Source: Seison nebaliae (taxonomy: Eukaryota). Taken from it: a stretch of 64,000 nt of DNA. Position numbers and translations under genes: made by a program. The first letter of the stretch is position 1. Every line of letters begins with the position of its first letter. The notes under the pieces were generated by a model. That model ran no database searches. It saw only the letters and a list, made by a program, of their open reading frames with translations, and was not told where the DNA came from. This document shows, piece by piece, positions 47,201 to 62,200 of the stretch. The stretch is from NCBI GenBank assembly GCA_023231475.1, contig JALJEE010002436.1, forward strand, positions 248,001 to 312,000. Direction: 5' to 3'.

Positions 47201-50200
47201 GGTGGTAGAGCCATATAAGGAAAATCATTCACCTCACCATCATCAACAAGAACAAGAACAAGAACAAGAACAACAACAACAAAGAACCGTTCAACAGATA
47301 ACAGAGTTTTCTTCGAAAAATATTAATTCAATTAGATCAGATGCGATTAATCATCCGTCTCAATATCGTTCATCGAAACATTTGCAGGTAGTACAACCGT
47401 TAACGGCTTCGGTTACTCCGAATGGTTATCTCAATTTGAACTGTTCAATTTTACCCTCTTCCTTCAACGAATCTATTCAACCACAAGTCACATATTTTTG
47501 GGAAGTAGAAAATTTGGGCCAAATTCAACATCATCCAAAATCATCGGTGATGATGTATGCTGATAAGACACATTCAAATATTAATATACCCACACACTTT
47601 TGGGATGATTTGGTAGCTACCAATCTGCCTTGGCAACAGAAGAATAGCACTGAAATAACATTACATGCAATTGGTGATACGGGTCCAATTGTTTCCTCAT
47701 CTTGTCAATTAACACGATCGTCATTAACACAAATGTTAACAGAGAGTCAATACGATAGGATTAGTATACCGAGAATGGTCGTTCCATTGAAACAGAATTT
47801 AGAAGTTCCGTTAAATCAGAAATGTTTTCTTGAATTAGAATTGGATAATTTATTAAAAACAAATTTTGGAAATCATCAATCTGTCCACTCCCCATTTCCC
47901 TCCCAAAAACACAATTATATTAGTGAAATAAAATGGTTCGTTAACGGAAAGGAGATCAATGAGGAGATGCAGAATCAGTACAATGTATATCCAACTTTCA
48001 ATCCATCAACTAATCGATGTTCGTTACTTATCGATTGTATGAGAGAAGAGAATTGCGGGAAATATGCCGTCCAAGTCGGCAATTTATTAGGAAGTGTCAA
48101 ATCGGAATGTTATGTCAATATGTCACACCATCGGAATCAGATGAGAGATCAACCGGTTCTTTTCTCCATTTCCTCCACACCGATCTTGAGAGTAGAAAAG
48201 AAATTGTATCATGTGGAAGAAGGTCAAAGAAATCAATCGATCGTTTTAAATGTGAATAATATTAAGTCTAATCAAATTTCTCTTCGAAATTCTAATCAAC
48301 AATTATTTCCATCAAATCGATATGAAATTGAAGAGAGAACGAACCAAATATATTTGTTATCCATAAAAAATATTAATTTAAGTGATGGGGGAACGTATAC
48401 GGTGGAAGCAAAAACAAATGAAGGAATTTTGAAAGATTTCTTCAAAATCGTCATTCAATTACCATCAGTGAAGAGAGTAGTATCTCAAACGACATTTATG
48501 ATGGATAACAGAAACGAATCTCAAAGAATAATTAATATCGAACCACTTTACTCGTCTGGTTTAGCTACTGCCAGTACCATTCAAACGATCGAAGGACAAT
48601 CTCTCAGAATTTCCGCCGCCATAAGTGGCAGTCCCGAACCGAATATTAAATGGTTAAGAAATGATCAAGAAGTAGAATATGATGAGAATCACTTCGTATT
48701 GAAAGAAGATCTAAATTCAAAATATTTATTCACATTATGCGTGAATCATGTGAAGAAGAATTGGGATGATGGACAATATATGATTATGGCAACGAACGAT
48801 TATGGAACGACAACGGAACATGTAGTTTCTGTGACAATTGTCGATTCGGAAGCCACATACAATTTATCAATGTTGACTAATGAACAATTTTATTTTCAAA
48901 AATTAATTAGTGGAATCCATCACATTACAAAGAATGATAAGAATTATATTTTGTCCGCTCAATATTTCATACCTGAATCTTTTTCCAAATTAAATCGATC
49001 CGTCGAATGGTATCATAACGGTCGATTGTTATATGACGTTCAATCGTCCACGAATATCGAACAACGGAATGAGATGAATGAATTGATCCAAAGAAATGGA
49101 TGTCGATTAAGAAATAATTTTGAAAGATTTTCATCTGATTTGGAATTGATTAATATAAACGATTATCATAACGGTTCTTATGAGTGTCATGTAATTGTCG
49201 AAGATATCTCCAATAGAACGAACGGATTTGCAATCAGATGTAATTGTGATGTGATTGTGGAAGAACTTCGAGAAAAACATCAGAATTTCGATGGACAACA
49301 ACAACAATATAAATTTACAATGACTAATGAGGAAGTTAAAGAACAAAATAATTCCGTTTCATTTCCTGCACAATCCCAGGGAATTGAAGGATCGTGCACA
49401 ATTTTAGAATTAAATATTAATCGTCAAAATGAACCGTTCGACATCAGATGGTTCAAAGGAACAACTGAATTAACGAATTTTCATTTATCTCAAAAATATG
49501 AACTTCGTGAACAAGTGACGGAAACTCATCGAATTTATCAGTTGCACATTCATGACCTCAATTATTTGGATAATGATATTTATACCATTCATATTGCCAA
49601 TATTGATGGAACGCATACGAAAGAATGTCAATTAATTGTCAATCCATCAAATCAATTCAATAATCATCATCATCATGAACAACTACAACAACAACAACAA
49701 AAACGGAATTATTATCAGAATCAATTTCAAGAACAAATGAATGAACAAGTTTTATATGAGAAACAAAATTATGAAGAAATAAAAACTAAATCATTTACCA
49801 GCACATCGATGAATGTGGAACCGACGATATTGGACGCCTGTTTAAATGAACCGGTGAGTTTTGAAACTTCTATAGACGCTAAACCTGATGTGACATTCGT
49901 TGAATGGTACAAGGATGGAGAAATGATAAAACGCATCGACAATTTGGATCAATGTAAAACTGCCACTATCGAACAAATTGGAACATATAAATTCATTTCA
50001 GAACCTGAAACCGGTAAATTTTCACTTTACATTACCGGCGTTTCCAAATTGGACGAAGGACGATATCGATTACGAGCGAAAAATTCTTTAGGTGAAACTT
50101 CGGCTCTATTCCAATTGAACGTTGACAATACTGTTGAGACTGAATTGACCTCAGAAATAACCAGAGTCGAACTTGGAGATTCAGCAAAATTCGAAGTGAA

Positions 50201-53200
50201 TTTAGACTCAGAACCGAGTCCCGATGTTAAATGGTATTTGAATGGAAAACAATTATTTCAATCAGACAAATATGTTTTGGAAGAGAATCGATCTGTCGGT
50301 TATTTCTCTTTGACAGTCAACGAAGTCAAAGAGGAAGATGAAGGAACTTATATTATAGTAGCGACGAATGAATTAGGAGCAGTTCAAAGTTCATTTACTC
50401 TTCGATTAAGTGACGAATCAGACAGAAATCTTCGTAGTACAACTCAACATTATTATGAAACGACAACAACAACAACAACATGTAGAGAAGATGAAATAAA
50501 TTATTTGGTACCAAAATTTGATATTGTTGAAACTCCAAACCCTACTATCAATACCATTAATGGTTCTACTACAATTCTCAAAGTGATTTTACAACCGACT
50601 TCATCTGATTTCGATTCAAATATGCATTTCTCTTGGCAGAAAGATGGTCGAACATTGGAGAACAATGACAAATATTTAATCGAACAAAATTTCAATCAAC
50701 AACAATTCTCGTCAACATTATTGATCTATGATGGAAATAAAATGGATTGCGGAAAATATTCTTGCGAATTAATCATTCCCAATGTCAATCAAAAAAGAAT
50801 TTTCATCAGTCAAACTACAATCAACGTTTTACCTTGTCCGCATTATCTCTCAGTGGCACTAAAAGAATTGCCATTGAGAAGAACAATAAAACCAAACGAA
50901 CTTGTCGAGTTGAATATTCCCTTCAATTATTTTGCAGAGAACCAACTTGAATCTGTTCGATCTTTATCACCGCGAGTCATTTGGTTGAAAGACGAGAAAA
51001 TGTTAACTGATTCCAACGATGATCATGATATCGTCCAAACCAATTACAACAGTACTTTACGTATTCACAACATTGATCGACATTTGAAATCTTCTTATAT
51101 AGCAGCAATACTATTACCAGATTTCCGAAAGAATTTACATACTACCAATATATCGACACAATCGTTTAAATTGGAAGATGTTGTAAAAGAACAATCGCGA
51201 TTCGTTCAATCTATGACGTTTGATATAAAGAATTCGAAAGAAATCCCATTAATCTTCAACGATTTAACAATCCAAGACGCTGAAGATGTCGCTGTATTTG
51301 AGGATGAACCGGCCGTACTAAAATGTAGAGTTTCTCCATCAAATATCGATGCACATGTCACTTGGTTCAAATCGAAAGATATTCCAATTGTAACTGAAAA
51401 TTCAGATCAAGATGAAATTCATTATCGTTATAAAGAAGACGATGGATCATGTACTTTATGGATTCGAGAAACATTATTGGAAGATTCGAATATATACACA
51501 GTAAAAGTAAAGGAAAAGAAATATCCGTTTCGGGAGACTCAACACACATTTCGATTGATCGTTATGGAAAAACGAACGATTGAAGATAACGATGTAACAA
51601 TGCCAGATAATGTGACAATGATAATAACAAAGATTCCTGAAGAACGAACAGACAAAGAATGTTTCAGACAAACTAGAACACATCTCGAAGTTCGTCCAGC
51701 GACGCCCATGACGACCAAATGTGTCTCCACCAGATCGTTCAAACCGAAAAAAGAAATTGTTCGATCTGATATTGTTGATCGAATTGTCCCGAGAGAAGAG
51801 AGAATAAATATCGCTATTGCACCGATCATTTTAGAAAGAATTCCTGATCAAATAATCAAATCAACTGATGACGTTGTTACTATTCAAACTTATATTACTG
51901 GTTTACCAACACCTTCAGTTCTTTGGTTTTATGATGATGGAATTATTGATGAAGATGACGATAATATTCATACAACATATAACGAAATTACAGGTTTATG
52001 TACATTGACGATGAGAAACATTCAACCAAATTATAAACAAATTCAATTGTTTGCCGAAAATTGTGCTGGAACTGACTCGACGGAATTCCTTTTAATTCGA
52101 GAAGATGAAGAATTTAGAAGTTTCAATTATGAAGAACATTATATTAGTCCGAAGAAAGAAATATTGAAATCTGATTCCATGTTCCAATCTCAAAATACAA
52201 CTTATGAAGAAGTTGATCAATTTCAAACGGATAATATCATTTCTCAAAATATCATCAAACGACAAAGTTCATCCTCGTCCGAAGAAGAATTCTTCGAAGA
52301 GATTATTGAAATTGTCGAACAAGTTATGTGTCTGGTAAAGAAAAGATCCATCAAACGATACGATCAATTAACAGAAGAGAAATATATTCAAAAACAATCA
52401 CCAGTCAAACAATTTACACAAACGATAACTACTGAAATTCAACCAACGAAACTTTATTTGATTAAACCGTTGAGCGATATTAGTATTGAAGAAAATCAAT
52501 TACTGATATTGCAAAGTCAATTCGGTAATTGTACTGATAAAACGAAAGTAACATGGTCATTGAACGACAGTAATATCATGAATGAATTACCCAAAGACTG
52601 TCGTTACGAATTCAATCCATATACTGGAATTGCTACTTTATTCGTTTACAGAGCAAATTTATCATCAGCAGGAAAATATAGATGTTTTGCTTATTCCGAT
52701 AACGATATGACAAATAAAGCATCTACCGAATGTATTGTTGAAGTTTGGAATGAAACTTCAATACAACGTTTAATGTTCGAGGAGAAACATGATATATGTC
52801 CTCGATTTAAGGCACAATTACATCCCATTGAAATATTGGAACATAATCATTTACGTTTAATTTGTGTACTCGATGTTGATAATAGAGTCAATTCGAAGAA
52901 TCTCAACGTAGATTGGTATAAGAATGATGAAATGATAAAAGATAATATGTTCCAAAAGAAAATTTATCATGTGAAAAATGTTGGTCTTATTTGCGAATTG
53001 ACTGTGGATGATGCGACTGTAGAAAATTGTGGAGTTTACAGATGTCTCGCTTTAACCGAGATCGGTAAGGCAACTACCGAAGCTACTGTACAAGTACATA
53101 AATTCAATAGAATTGGACCAAGAGAACCTAAATCTGATTATTCTGAAGAAGTCAAATACACGAAAGAAGTCCTGTCAGAAGTATTGGACGGAAATTATGA

Positions 53201-56200
53201 GACAATGGGTAAGTTACTTCCTTTATGATGAGACATATTTTTAGTCTTTCTTTATTGTGATGAATGTTTTTTTTTAATTCTCTCTAATACATTTGCCCAT
53301 ATAATATTAAAAAATTCTGCCTGTTTGTTGGACTTATCTTTTTAGTAAACTGTGTAACTAACTTTAATGCTGTTAAGTATTCAATGAAAAGGTTAATGCG
53401 TACATCTCACTGAATTTTAATATTCTTATAAATTATCTGATCTTTAACTGCCACAAACGGAACGCAAGCTCACAATAATAACGAACGCTGAATTAAACGC
53501 TTCAAGTCTTTATAACATAAAGCAAACACAATTTAATCTGCATTAAATTTATAATTTTAGAATGGGAAGACGACCAATTAATAGCACCGGAAATGCAATT
53601 TGACGATTTAACGAAAGTAAAGTATTTGACTTATAATACCGATTTTAATGGAGAAAATTCACTTATCAACTTTTCAACCATTATGAATTCAGATGCCACA
53701 CTACCAGTCAACTATAGACTACTGGACGAAAGTGGAAAAGATGAAAAATTTGTTATAGACAACACAAATGAATTTAACCCAAAGTTTACAATACAGAAGA
53801 CGATATATCAGATATATAACGAATTAACATCGTCTATTTCAAATGTTCACTTCTCTCAAAAAGGAAGTTCATGTAAAGAATATCATCTCAATATTACTAA
53901 CGACGGAGGCAATGACCGTTTGATGATATCAATATTATTTGACACCCATCCTACTAGTGTACATTACGGAGAAAACGTAAAAAGTTTAAGAAAAGAAGAT
54001 TCTGATGCCAAACATTCACAAAAACAGAATCCTGGAGTTTTTAAAAATAAATCTAACAACGGTATAAACGGTAAAGAAAATCTGGGAGTAGGAAAATCTG
54101 TACCAAAGATAGAAAGAATTTCTCCATTTGAGCAAAGTATTCGGGAAGGGTCATCGGTAAATATAATTTGTAAAGTATCTGGCCTTCCAGAAATAAAAAC
54201 TGAATGGTATTATGGAGATACCATAATTGAATCAGATGATGATTATTTAACATTCACAGATAATGACAAATTTACACTTCAAATCAAAGAAATATATCCT
54301 ATAGACGAAGGAAACTACCGTTTGAAAGCAACGAATGAAAACGGTAGTACAACTTGTGAATTTCATTTAAATTGTATTGAACAGACCACTAATATTCTAA
54401 ATAAAACAAAAGATGAACATATAATAAGTCTTTTACCGAATAATTTTCAAAAAAATGCGACAGGAACTGAAGTTCTGAAAGAAATTATTGAACCCAAAAC
54501 TGTCATCCAAATGACAACCGATATTACCGAAGAACATCTTGGGGAATTACCTAAAGAAGTGGTTGAACCGCAATCAATTGAAGAACAAACTATAAAACCG
54601 ATAACTGAAAAATCTAAACCAAAACTCGAAGAAACTATCGAGAAAGAAATGGTTGAAGAAGTTAAAGAATCTGAAGTAATTGTAACCGAAGAACAATCGG
54701 TAGTTGTTGAAGAAACTTTAATCGATGAGGCTCCAAAAATCAGTCCTGTGAATACGGAACAAGTTGAATTCGCCGAAGGTTCACCTGCGACATTACAATG
54801 TACCTTTACTGGTCAACCTAAACCCAAAATTCAATGGTTTTACGGTAAAGATAAAATCGAGCCTGATGAAGACTATGAAGTTGAAACAATTGATAATATT
54901 ACGACTCTAAAAATAAAAGAAGCATTTTCCGAAGATGCAGGAAATTATTTCGCTAAAGCCGTCAATACATTGGGTGTATCAAAATGTAAATTAATTTTGA
55001 ACAAAGCTAACATAATTGAAGACATCCAGAAAAGCAAAGAAAAAGGTTTAATTTTCAAAGATCTTTACGAAATAATTTTAAATGGAACTTTATACAGGAG
55101 TAATAAACTTAATATAAAATATTAATAAAATAATATTATTTGTAGAACCATTATTCCCACCTATATAAGTCCCACCTATAAAGCTTTTTAAATTCTTATT
55201 TTTAGCAAAGCGTTCAGTTAACAGCTAATATAAATCTTTGTGTTACATTTTTAGATAAAGAGCAATTTACGCCGATCATTATTACCAACATCGATTTCCC
55301 TTGTGTAGTTGTAGAGAAAAACCGATTAATATTGAAATTTGAGGTGAGGGCGCAACCGAAGCCGGACCTTTCATGGTATTGCGAAGGAGCAAAAATAAAA
55401 CCTGACGAAAATCATGAAATTACATTTATCAATGATATTGCTACTTTGAAAATTACCGGAGATTGGAAATCTCATAAGAATGATTTCGTACTTAAAGCCG
55501 TAAACATATGCGGCGTTACTAAATACAACATAGCTTCTTCTCAAATACTCGAAAAAGATGTTACTCCTGAAATTATACAGGAAGTTGATAAAAACCAAAT
55601 TGACCGACAAACTACTGAACCGGATGAACTTAAGTTGGTAGAACATATGGAAAATGACGAGAAAGATGATATACAAATAACCGAAACATCAAAAGAAGAA
55701 ATTTTGCCTGAAGTAGAAACGTTCGAGGAAAAAGACTCAACTACGGTATCAGAAATTATTGAAAATTTCAAACCTAAAATTCAACCAAATTATCAAAAAC
55801 CAATAGTTACTATGGAAGATAATTCTTTAACATTAAGTTTAGATGTAAAGGCCCAACCTAAACCTAATGTTTTCTGGTATTGCGAAGGAGCAAAAATAAA
55901 ACCTGACGAAAATCATGAAATTACATTTATCAATGATATTGCTAATTTGAAAATTACCGGAGATTGGAAATCCCATAAGAATGATTTCGTACTTAAAGCC
56001 GTAAACATATGCGGCGTTACTAAATACAACATAGCTTCTTCTCAAATACTCGAAAAAGATGTTACTCCTGAAATTATGCCGGAAGTTGATAAAAACCAAA
56101 TTGATCAACAAACTACTGAACCGGATGAACTCAAGTTGGTAGAACACATGGAAAATGTTGAGAAAGATGATGTTAAGGAGTTGGACACAGCAAAAATAGA

Positions 56201-59200
56201 AACCTTGTCTGCAGTAGTAAAGATCGAGGAAAAAGACTCAACAACGGTATCAGAAATTGTTGAAAATTTCAAACCCAAAATTCAACAAATTGATGGAAAA
56301 CCAATAGTTACTACGGAAGATAAATCTTTAACATTAAACTTAGGTGTAAAGGCTCAACCTAAGCCTAATGTTTTCTGGTATTGCGAAGGAACAAAAATAA
56401 AACCTGACGAAAACTATGAAATTAAATTTATCAATGATATTGCTACTTTGAAAATTACCGGAGATTGGAAATCCCATAAGAATGATTTCGTACTTAAAGC
56501 CGTAAACATATGTGGCGTTACTAAATACAACATAGCTTCTTCTCAAATACTTGAAAAAGATGTTACACCTGAAATTATGCCGGAAGTTTATAAAAACCAA
56601 ATTGACCTGCAAACTACTGAACCGGATGAACTTAAGTTGGTAGAACATATGCAAAACGACGAGAAAGATGATATACAAATAACCGAAACATCAAAAGAAG
56701 AAACCTTGACAGCAGTAGAAAAAATTGATGAAAAAGACTCAACAACAGTATCAGAAATTATTGAAAATTTCAAACCCAAAATCCAACAAATTGATGGAAA
56801 ACCCATAGTTACTATGGAAGATAATTCTTTAACATTAAGTTTAGATGTAAAGGCCCTACCTAAACCTAATGTTTTCTGGTATTGCGAAGGAGCAAAAATA
56901 AAACCTGACGAAAATCATGAAATTACATTTATCAATGATATTGCTATTTTGAAAATTACCGGAGATTGGAAATCCCATAAGAATGATTTCGTACTTAAAG
57001 CCGTAAACATATGTGGCGTTACTAAATACAACATAGCTTTATCTCAAATACTTGAAAAGACTGTTACTCCTGAAATTATACCGGAAGTTGATAAAAACCA
57101 AATTGATCAACAAACTACTGAACCAGATGAACTTAAGTTGGTGGAACATACTCAAAATGATGTTAAGGAGTTGGGTACAACAAAAGAAGAAACTTTGCCT
57201 GAAAATGAAAAAAACAATGTAAATGAATCACGAGGGTTAGAAGAAAAACTTGAAAATTCAATTGAAGAAACTGCAAATGAATTTGTACCAACGACATATT
57301 TTAATTTTGACGAAATCGACGACTATTACGAAGTTTCTTTATCTGAAGTTTTTACCATTGTGATTGAAGGAAAATGTTCTACAGAGTTCACAATCGAAAT
57401 ATTAAAAAATAAAAAAAAGTTTTCTAATTGTGATATACAAAAAGATCATGTGTTACCGGAAGGCAATGTAAGTATAACTATATCATTAAAGGATTTAACT
57501 TATGGTGCTTCTGATGATTATATTTGTATAATCAAAACCGATGATAAAGAAAAAATATTTTCTTGGAAATTATTCGTCGTTGAATTGCCGAATATCAAAA
57601 ACTTAAGGAGTATATACTACGGTCAGGTTGGCAAAATCTTTAAAATTCCATTTAATGTTTTTGGAATGCCGGAACCTACTGTTACCTTTGATCATTCTAT
57701 AAACAATATGGCTTCAAAGATACAAATGACAAGAAATAAAAATTTTGTCGAAGTTACTCTGGGAAAGTATATCAAAACGTTTGCTGGGAGTTTAACAATC
57801 ATGGCGAAAAACCGCTTAGGGACGGTAAATGAACAAGTCGAAATAATGTCTGAATGTCCACCGAAATTTCTGGATCATCCTTCGGAATTCAGTGCGGAAG
57901 AAAATAAAGATTATCAAGTAAAACTTTTTTATACTGGGTTCCCTTCGCCTGACATAAAATGGACAAAATCTTACGATACATTGAAAGATGGGAAAAGACA
58001 TGGCATTGTTAACGAGTCTGATTATACAATGTTAACCATAAGAAATTGTGACAAAAATGATTCTGGTGAATATAAAGTTACCCTATCAAATAGAATGGGG
58101 AAGGTATCCTCGACATACAAAATGCTAATATTATCAAAACCCAAATTTACGACTACATTAAATGAGAAAATAGAAGTAAAGGAAGGAAGACTATTAAAAC
58201 TAAGCACGAAATTTAACGGTCATCCAAGTCCAAGAGTCGATTGGTTTGCAAATGGTATAAATGTATCATCTAAAATGAATGATTTTATTAATACCACAAA
58301 AAATACTTCAGATATAACAATCAAGAATGCGAACTCTGAATTGAGTGGAATATATCGTTGTGAATTATCGAACGATTTTGGCTCGGATGCAACTGAATGC
58401 TCCGTTCAAATTCAATGTCCACCTAAATTTTTAGAAAAACCGGACAAAATTAAACTGGTTGAAAAATGTCCTGGTTCGGTTTCATGTATAGTACAGGCTA
58501 TTCCATCAGCAGATGTTACATGGTCTTTCAATGGTAAGCCGATAAAATCTTCAGATAGTTTTTCTTTCTCAAATGAGGACAATTGCTACACTTTATGTGT
58601 AAACAATGTGACTAAGGTTATGTCGGGATTATATAACGTAACGGCGAAGAACATAGCAGGAAAATGTGTAGAAAAATTTAGAATTGAAACGATTGAACCA
58701 TCTTCTCCGAAGTTTATAAAACCGTTATCTGATGTCAAAATTCCCGTTGGAATTGAACATGTATGGACAGTAAAATATCAAGGTCTACCAAGACCTACTC
58801 TTAATATAGAGCATGATGGTCAAGATTGTGATTTCTTTGTTATCAAGGATGACGTTAAAAAAGGAATAACTTCCTTAACGTTAGCCGATTCTGAAGAAAT
58901 CCACCAAGGATCATATAAACTGAAAATCATCAATCCCGTTGGTAAAGCAGAGTGTGAAGCAATGCTTATGGTTAAAGGAATTAAGGCAAAAATAATCGAA
59001 GTTCCTCAAAGATCTATTACAAATTTCGGTAGCACTGTGGTGTTTTCAAGCAAAATTATTGGTGACCCTCTACCAAAAGTAACCTGGAAAAAAGGAAGAA
59101 ATCTTTTGGGAAGCAAACCGAAGAAAATTGAACAAGTGTTTGATGAAGAAAATCTTACTGCATTTTTGATTATAACAAATATTGGTGAAGGAGATCCTGG

Positions 59201-62200
59201 TACTTATACAATTGAAATAGAAAATGAATTTGGTAGTGACACTTCAGCAGTTACATTAATGATTGACGAGAATGCAGAAAATATCACTGATTTTTCTGAT
59301 ATTCTAAAGGCAACGTTTCTTTTTCATTCTCAAATTTATATTCTTTACATTTAATCTTTTCGTAGTAATATTAATCCCAATCTCTTGGAAGACATGGGGT
59401 TGAATTTCAAATTGAAACATGTTGTCTTTGATCCAAAAGAGAATGATGTTGAAGAAGATGAGAAGAAGAAAAAAGAAGTTTGTTCTCTAAATAATTTAAT
59501 AATTTTCAAATCTGATAGGAGAAGGATAAGAGAAAAGTTCGTGAACCCAAAAATTACGAAATCGACGATTTCGATTATAAATTAGAGAAAAGTATTTCTT
59601 CTTTCTTTCTTTTTAATGTTTAAATATTTTCTTCAATTATAGGTCAATCCGAAGAAGACCTAAAGAATGACCAATCAAAAGAAGAAATGCAGAAAAAAGG
59701 TTCGAATTTTAAATATTTTCATCTTCTTCAATTTAGTTGGGAATATTCATTAAATAGTCGAATGTTTGAAGAGTTTGATGCCTACAGATGTGGAAGAAGA
59801 CGATTCTGCATTATTAACTACAATTCTCACTGGTGATGTTAATCCAGAAAAATTACGATTAAAACATAATGGAAAAACAATTCCGTTTACTGAGATGAAT
59901 GATAAATATAAAGTAAAACTTCGAAAATTACCAGATGGAGAAACTGAAGTTGAGATATGTTTGAAGAATTGTCAATTGGAAGACGAAGGACCAGTTTCAA
60001 TAGAATTATTGGAAGATAAAGAAAAAACTGAATTAATAACCGAAACATTCTTGAAAGTAACTCGTAAGAAGTTACGATTCATCACTAAAATCGAACCAAA
60101 TGATACATTCCTCAATGAACATGATTCAATAAAATTCAAAGTCTCTACTAATCGAAAAACGAAGGAGAACGAAATTTCTTGGAAAGTCAATAATTCATTC
60201 ATTGAAATGGATAATTTGAGATATAATATAAAAGTTTAATTAATTAATTTAATTTTAATTGAATTTTAAAAATTTTTATTTTTTAGTCTGTTGGAACTGA
60301 ACATCAAATTCAAATAAGTAAAGTGGAAAAAGATAAAGATGATGGAATTATCCAATGTTTAATAACTGATGATCCATCGGAAAAAGTTGAAGCAACTTTG
60401 AAAATAAAATATACAGCAGTTCAGTTTACCGAAATGTTGAATGATGTGAAATGTAAAATAAATGACGAAGATGTTCATCTTTCTTGTTCAATAAATAAAC
60501 CGATAAGCGAAATAAAGAAAGTAGTTTGGTTATTAAATGGAAAAGAAGTTAAATCACCAGGTACAAATTTATCTTTTTCGTTGAAATCTTTGAATATTTT
60601 GTTTAGATATAATTTTCAATTCGATTGACGATATGTTTGAATTGATTTGGAAGAAAATAAATAAAAATTCATTCGGAAAATATTCGATTAAATTAATTGA
60701 TAATGATGACAACGAAATCGATTCCTCTGCAGCTATTGTTCAATCAAGTTTTGTAATTTTTCTTCATTTATTAATGAATTTTTACTATTTTTTTTATTTG
60801 TTTACAGCTGTTCGTATAAAGTTTACGAGGAATTTAGAAGATATAACAGTTAACGAATATGAAGATGTTCAGTTGTCGTGTGACACGAATGTAAGTAATG
60901 CCAATATCAAATGGAAGATAAATGGTGTGCCGTATACAAAAGCGAATTTTACTGATCGTTCTATCTCGATCAATTCGAAAGATAAAACACATTTTTTCAA
61001 TGTAAAAAATCTAAAATCTTTAAAATTTCATAAGGCTGAAATCGAATGTTCAGCCATTAACGAAGTGACCAAATGTCAGATAAACGTCATTAAACAACAT
61101 CTACAATTGAAAGAATCAAAGAAATTAGTGGAAGTTGTAGAAGATGATAATGTTGAAGAATTTATCGAATTCGACGAGAAATCTTCTCGAATGTCGATGA
61201 ATATAAAACCGAAAATAATGAAAGAAGATTATGTTGTCAACGATCGATCAGTTCGATGTTTCTTTAATTCAGATATTCAAATGTTCCAATTCATAATTAA
61301 TTCTGCAAAAAGTCATCATGCAGGTGATTACCAAATCACATTCTCTAACGACGACGAGTCAGATACTCAAACATTTGTCTTAACTTTAGTTGTTCAATTA
61401 CGAGAAATATATTTTACGAAAATCTTCCCCGAATCGTTGGTGGGAATTGAAACGCAGAAAATTGTGTTGACATTAGAGACAAATAAATCGATTCCGGCAT
61501 TCTTTACACCTCAACCTAATATGGATCGCTATATTCTTATTGAACGAGAAACAATGAATGGAAGTAAGTTGAATGATCGGAAATTTACCAGAATACAACA
61601 ACGAAATTCAAATGAAAATGAATTTACCATGTTAAGTGTCATGAATGATGATGCTGGTATTTATACGGGTAAAATAATTCTTCCAGTTAATTCGGTGAGT
61701 AATAAACTAACTGAATGTAAATGTCAATTGTCAGTAAGTTATGATACAATTAACAAACTAAAAAAATTAGTTGATAGTCGAGTGATCAGAGACGATACGA
61801 TAACACTTCAATGTGAATTGGATCGTTTACCAAAAGATTATTATTGGAAGTTAAACGATAAGAAATTAGAGGAAAAAGAATCGTCAAATGTAAAATTTAT
61901 AAATACTCCATTATCGAACAGTAATATCAGATTAGCAATAACGATCGATAATTGTCAAATAACGGACGGCGGAACATATCAATTATATGTTGATGATGAA
62001 CCATTCGATTCTTGTGAATTAACTGTAATTGATTCATATGTTCAATTTGTAGATTGGACTGAAAATCTAAGTTGTATCGAAGGTGAAAATATTTCATTGA
62101 AATTCAAATTATCAGAACCATTAAAACAGAAGATGAAAATAACGGGACGATATGGTGGTCGTCCATTTGAAGGCAATTTAATATCAGACGATCAAATTAA

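Noticed and set aside
55371..56806. Repeated minus-strand ORFs (MFYQLKFIRFSSL...)
   Set aside because: Antisense shadows of the 501-bp coding repeat.
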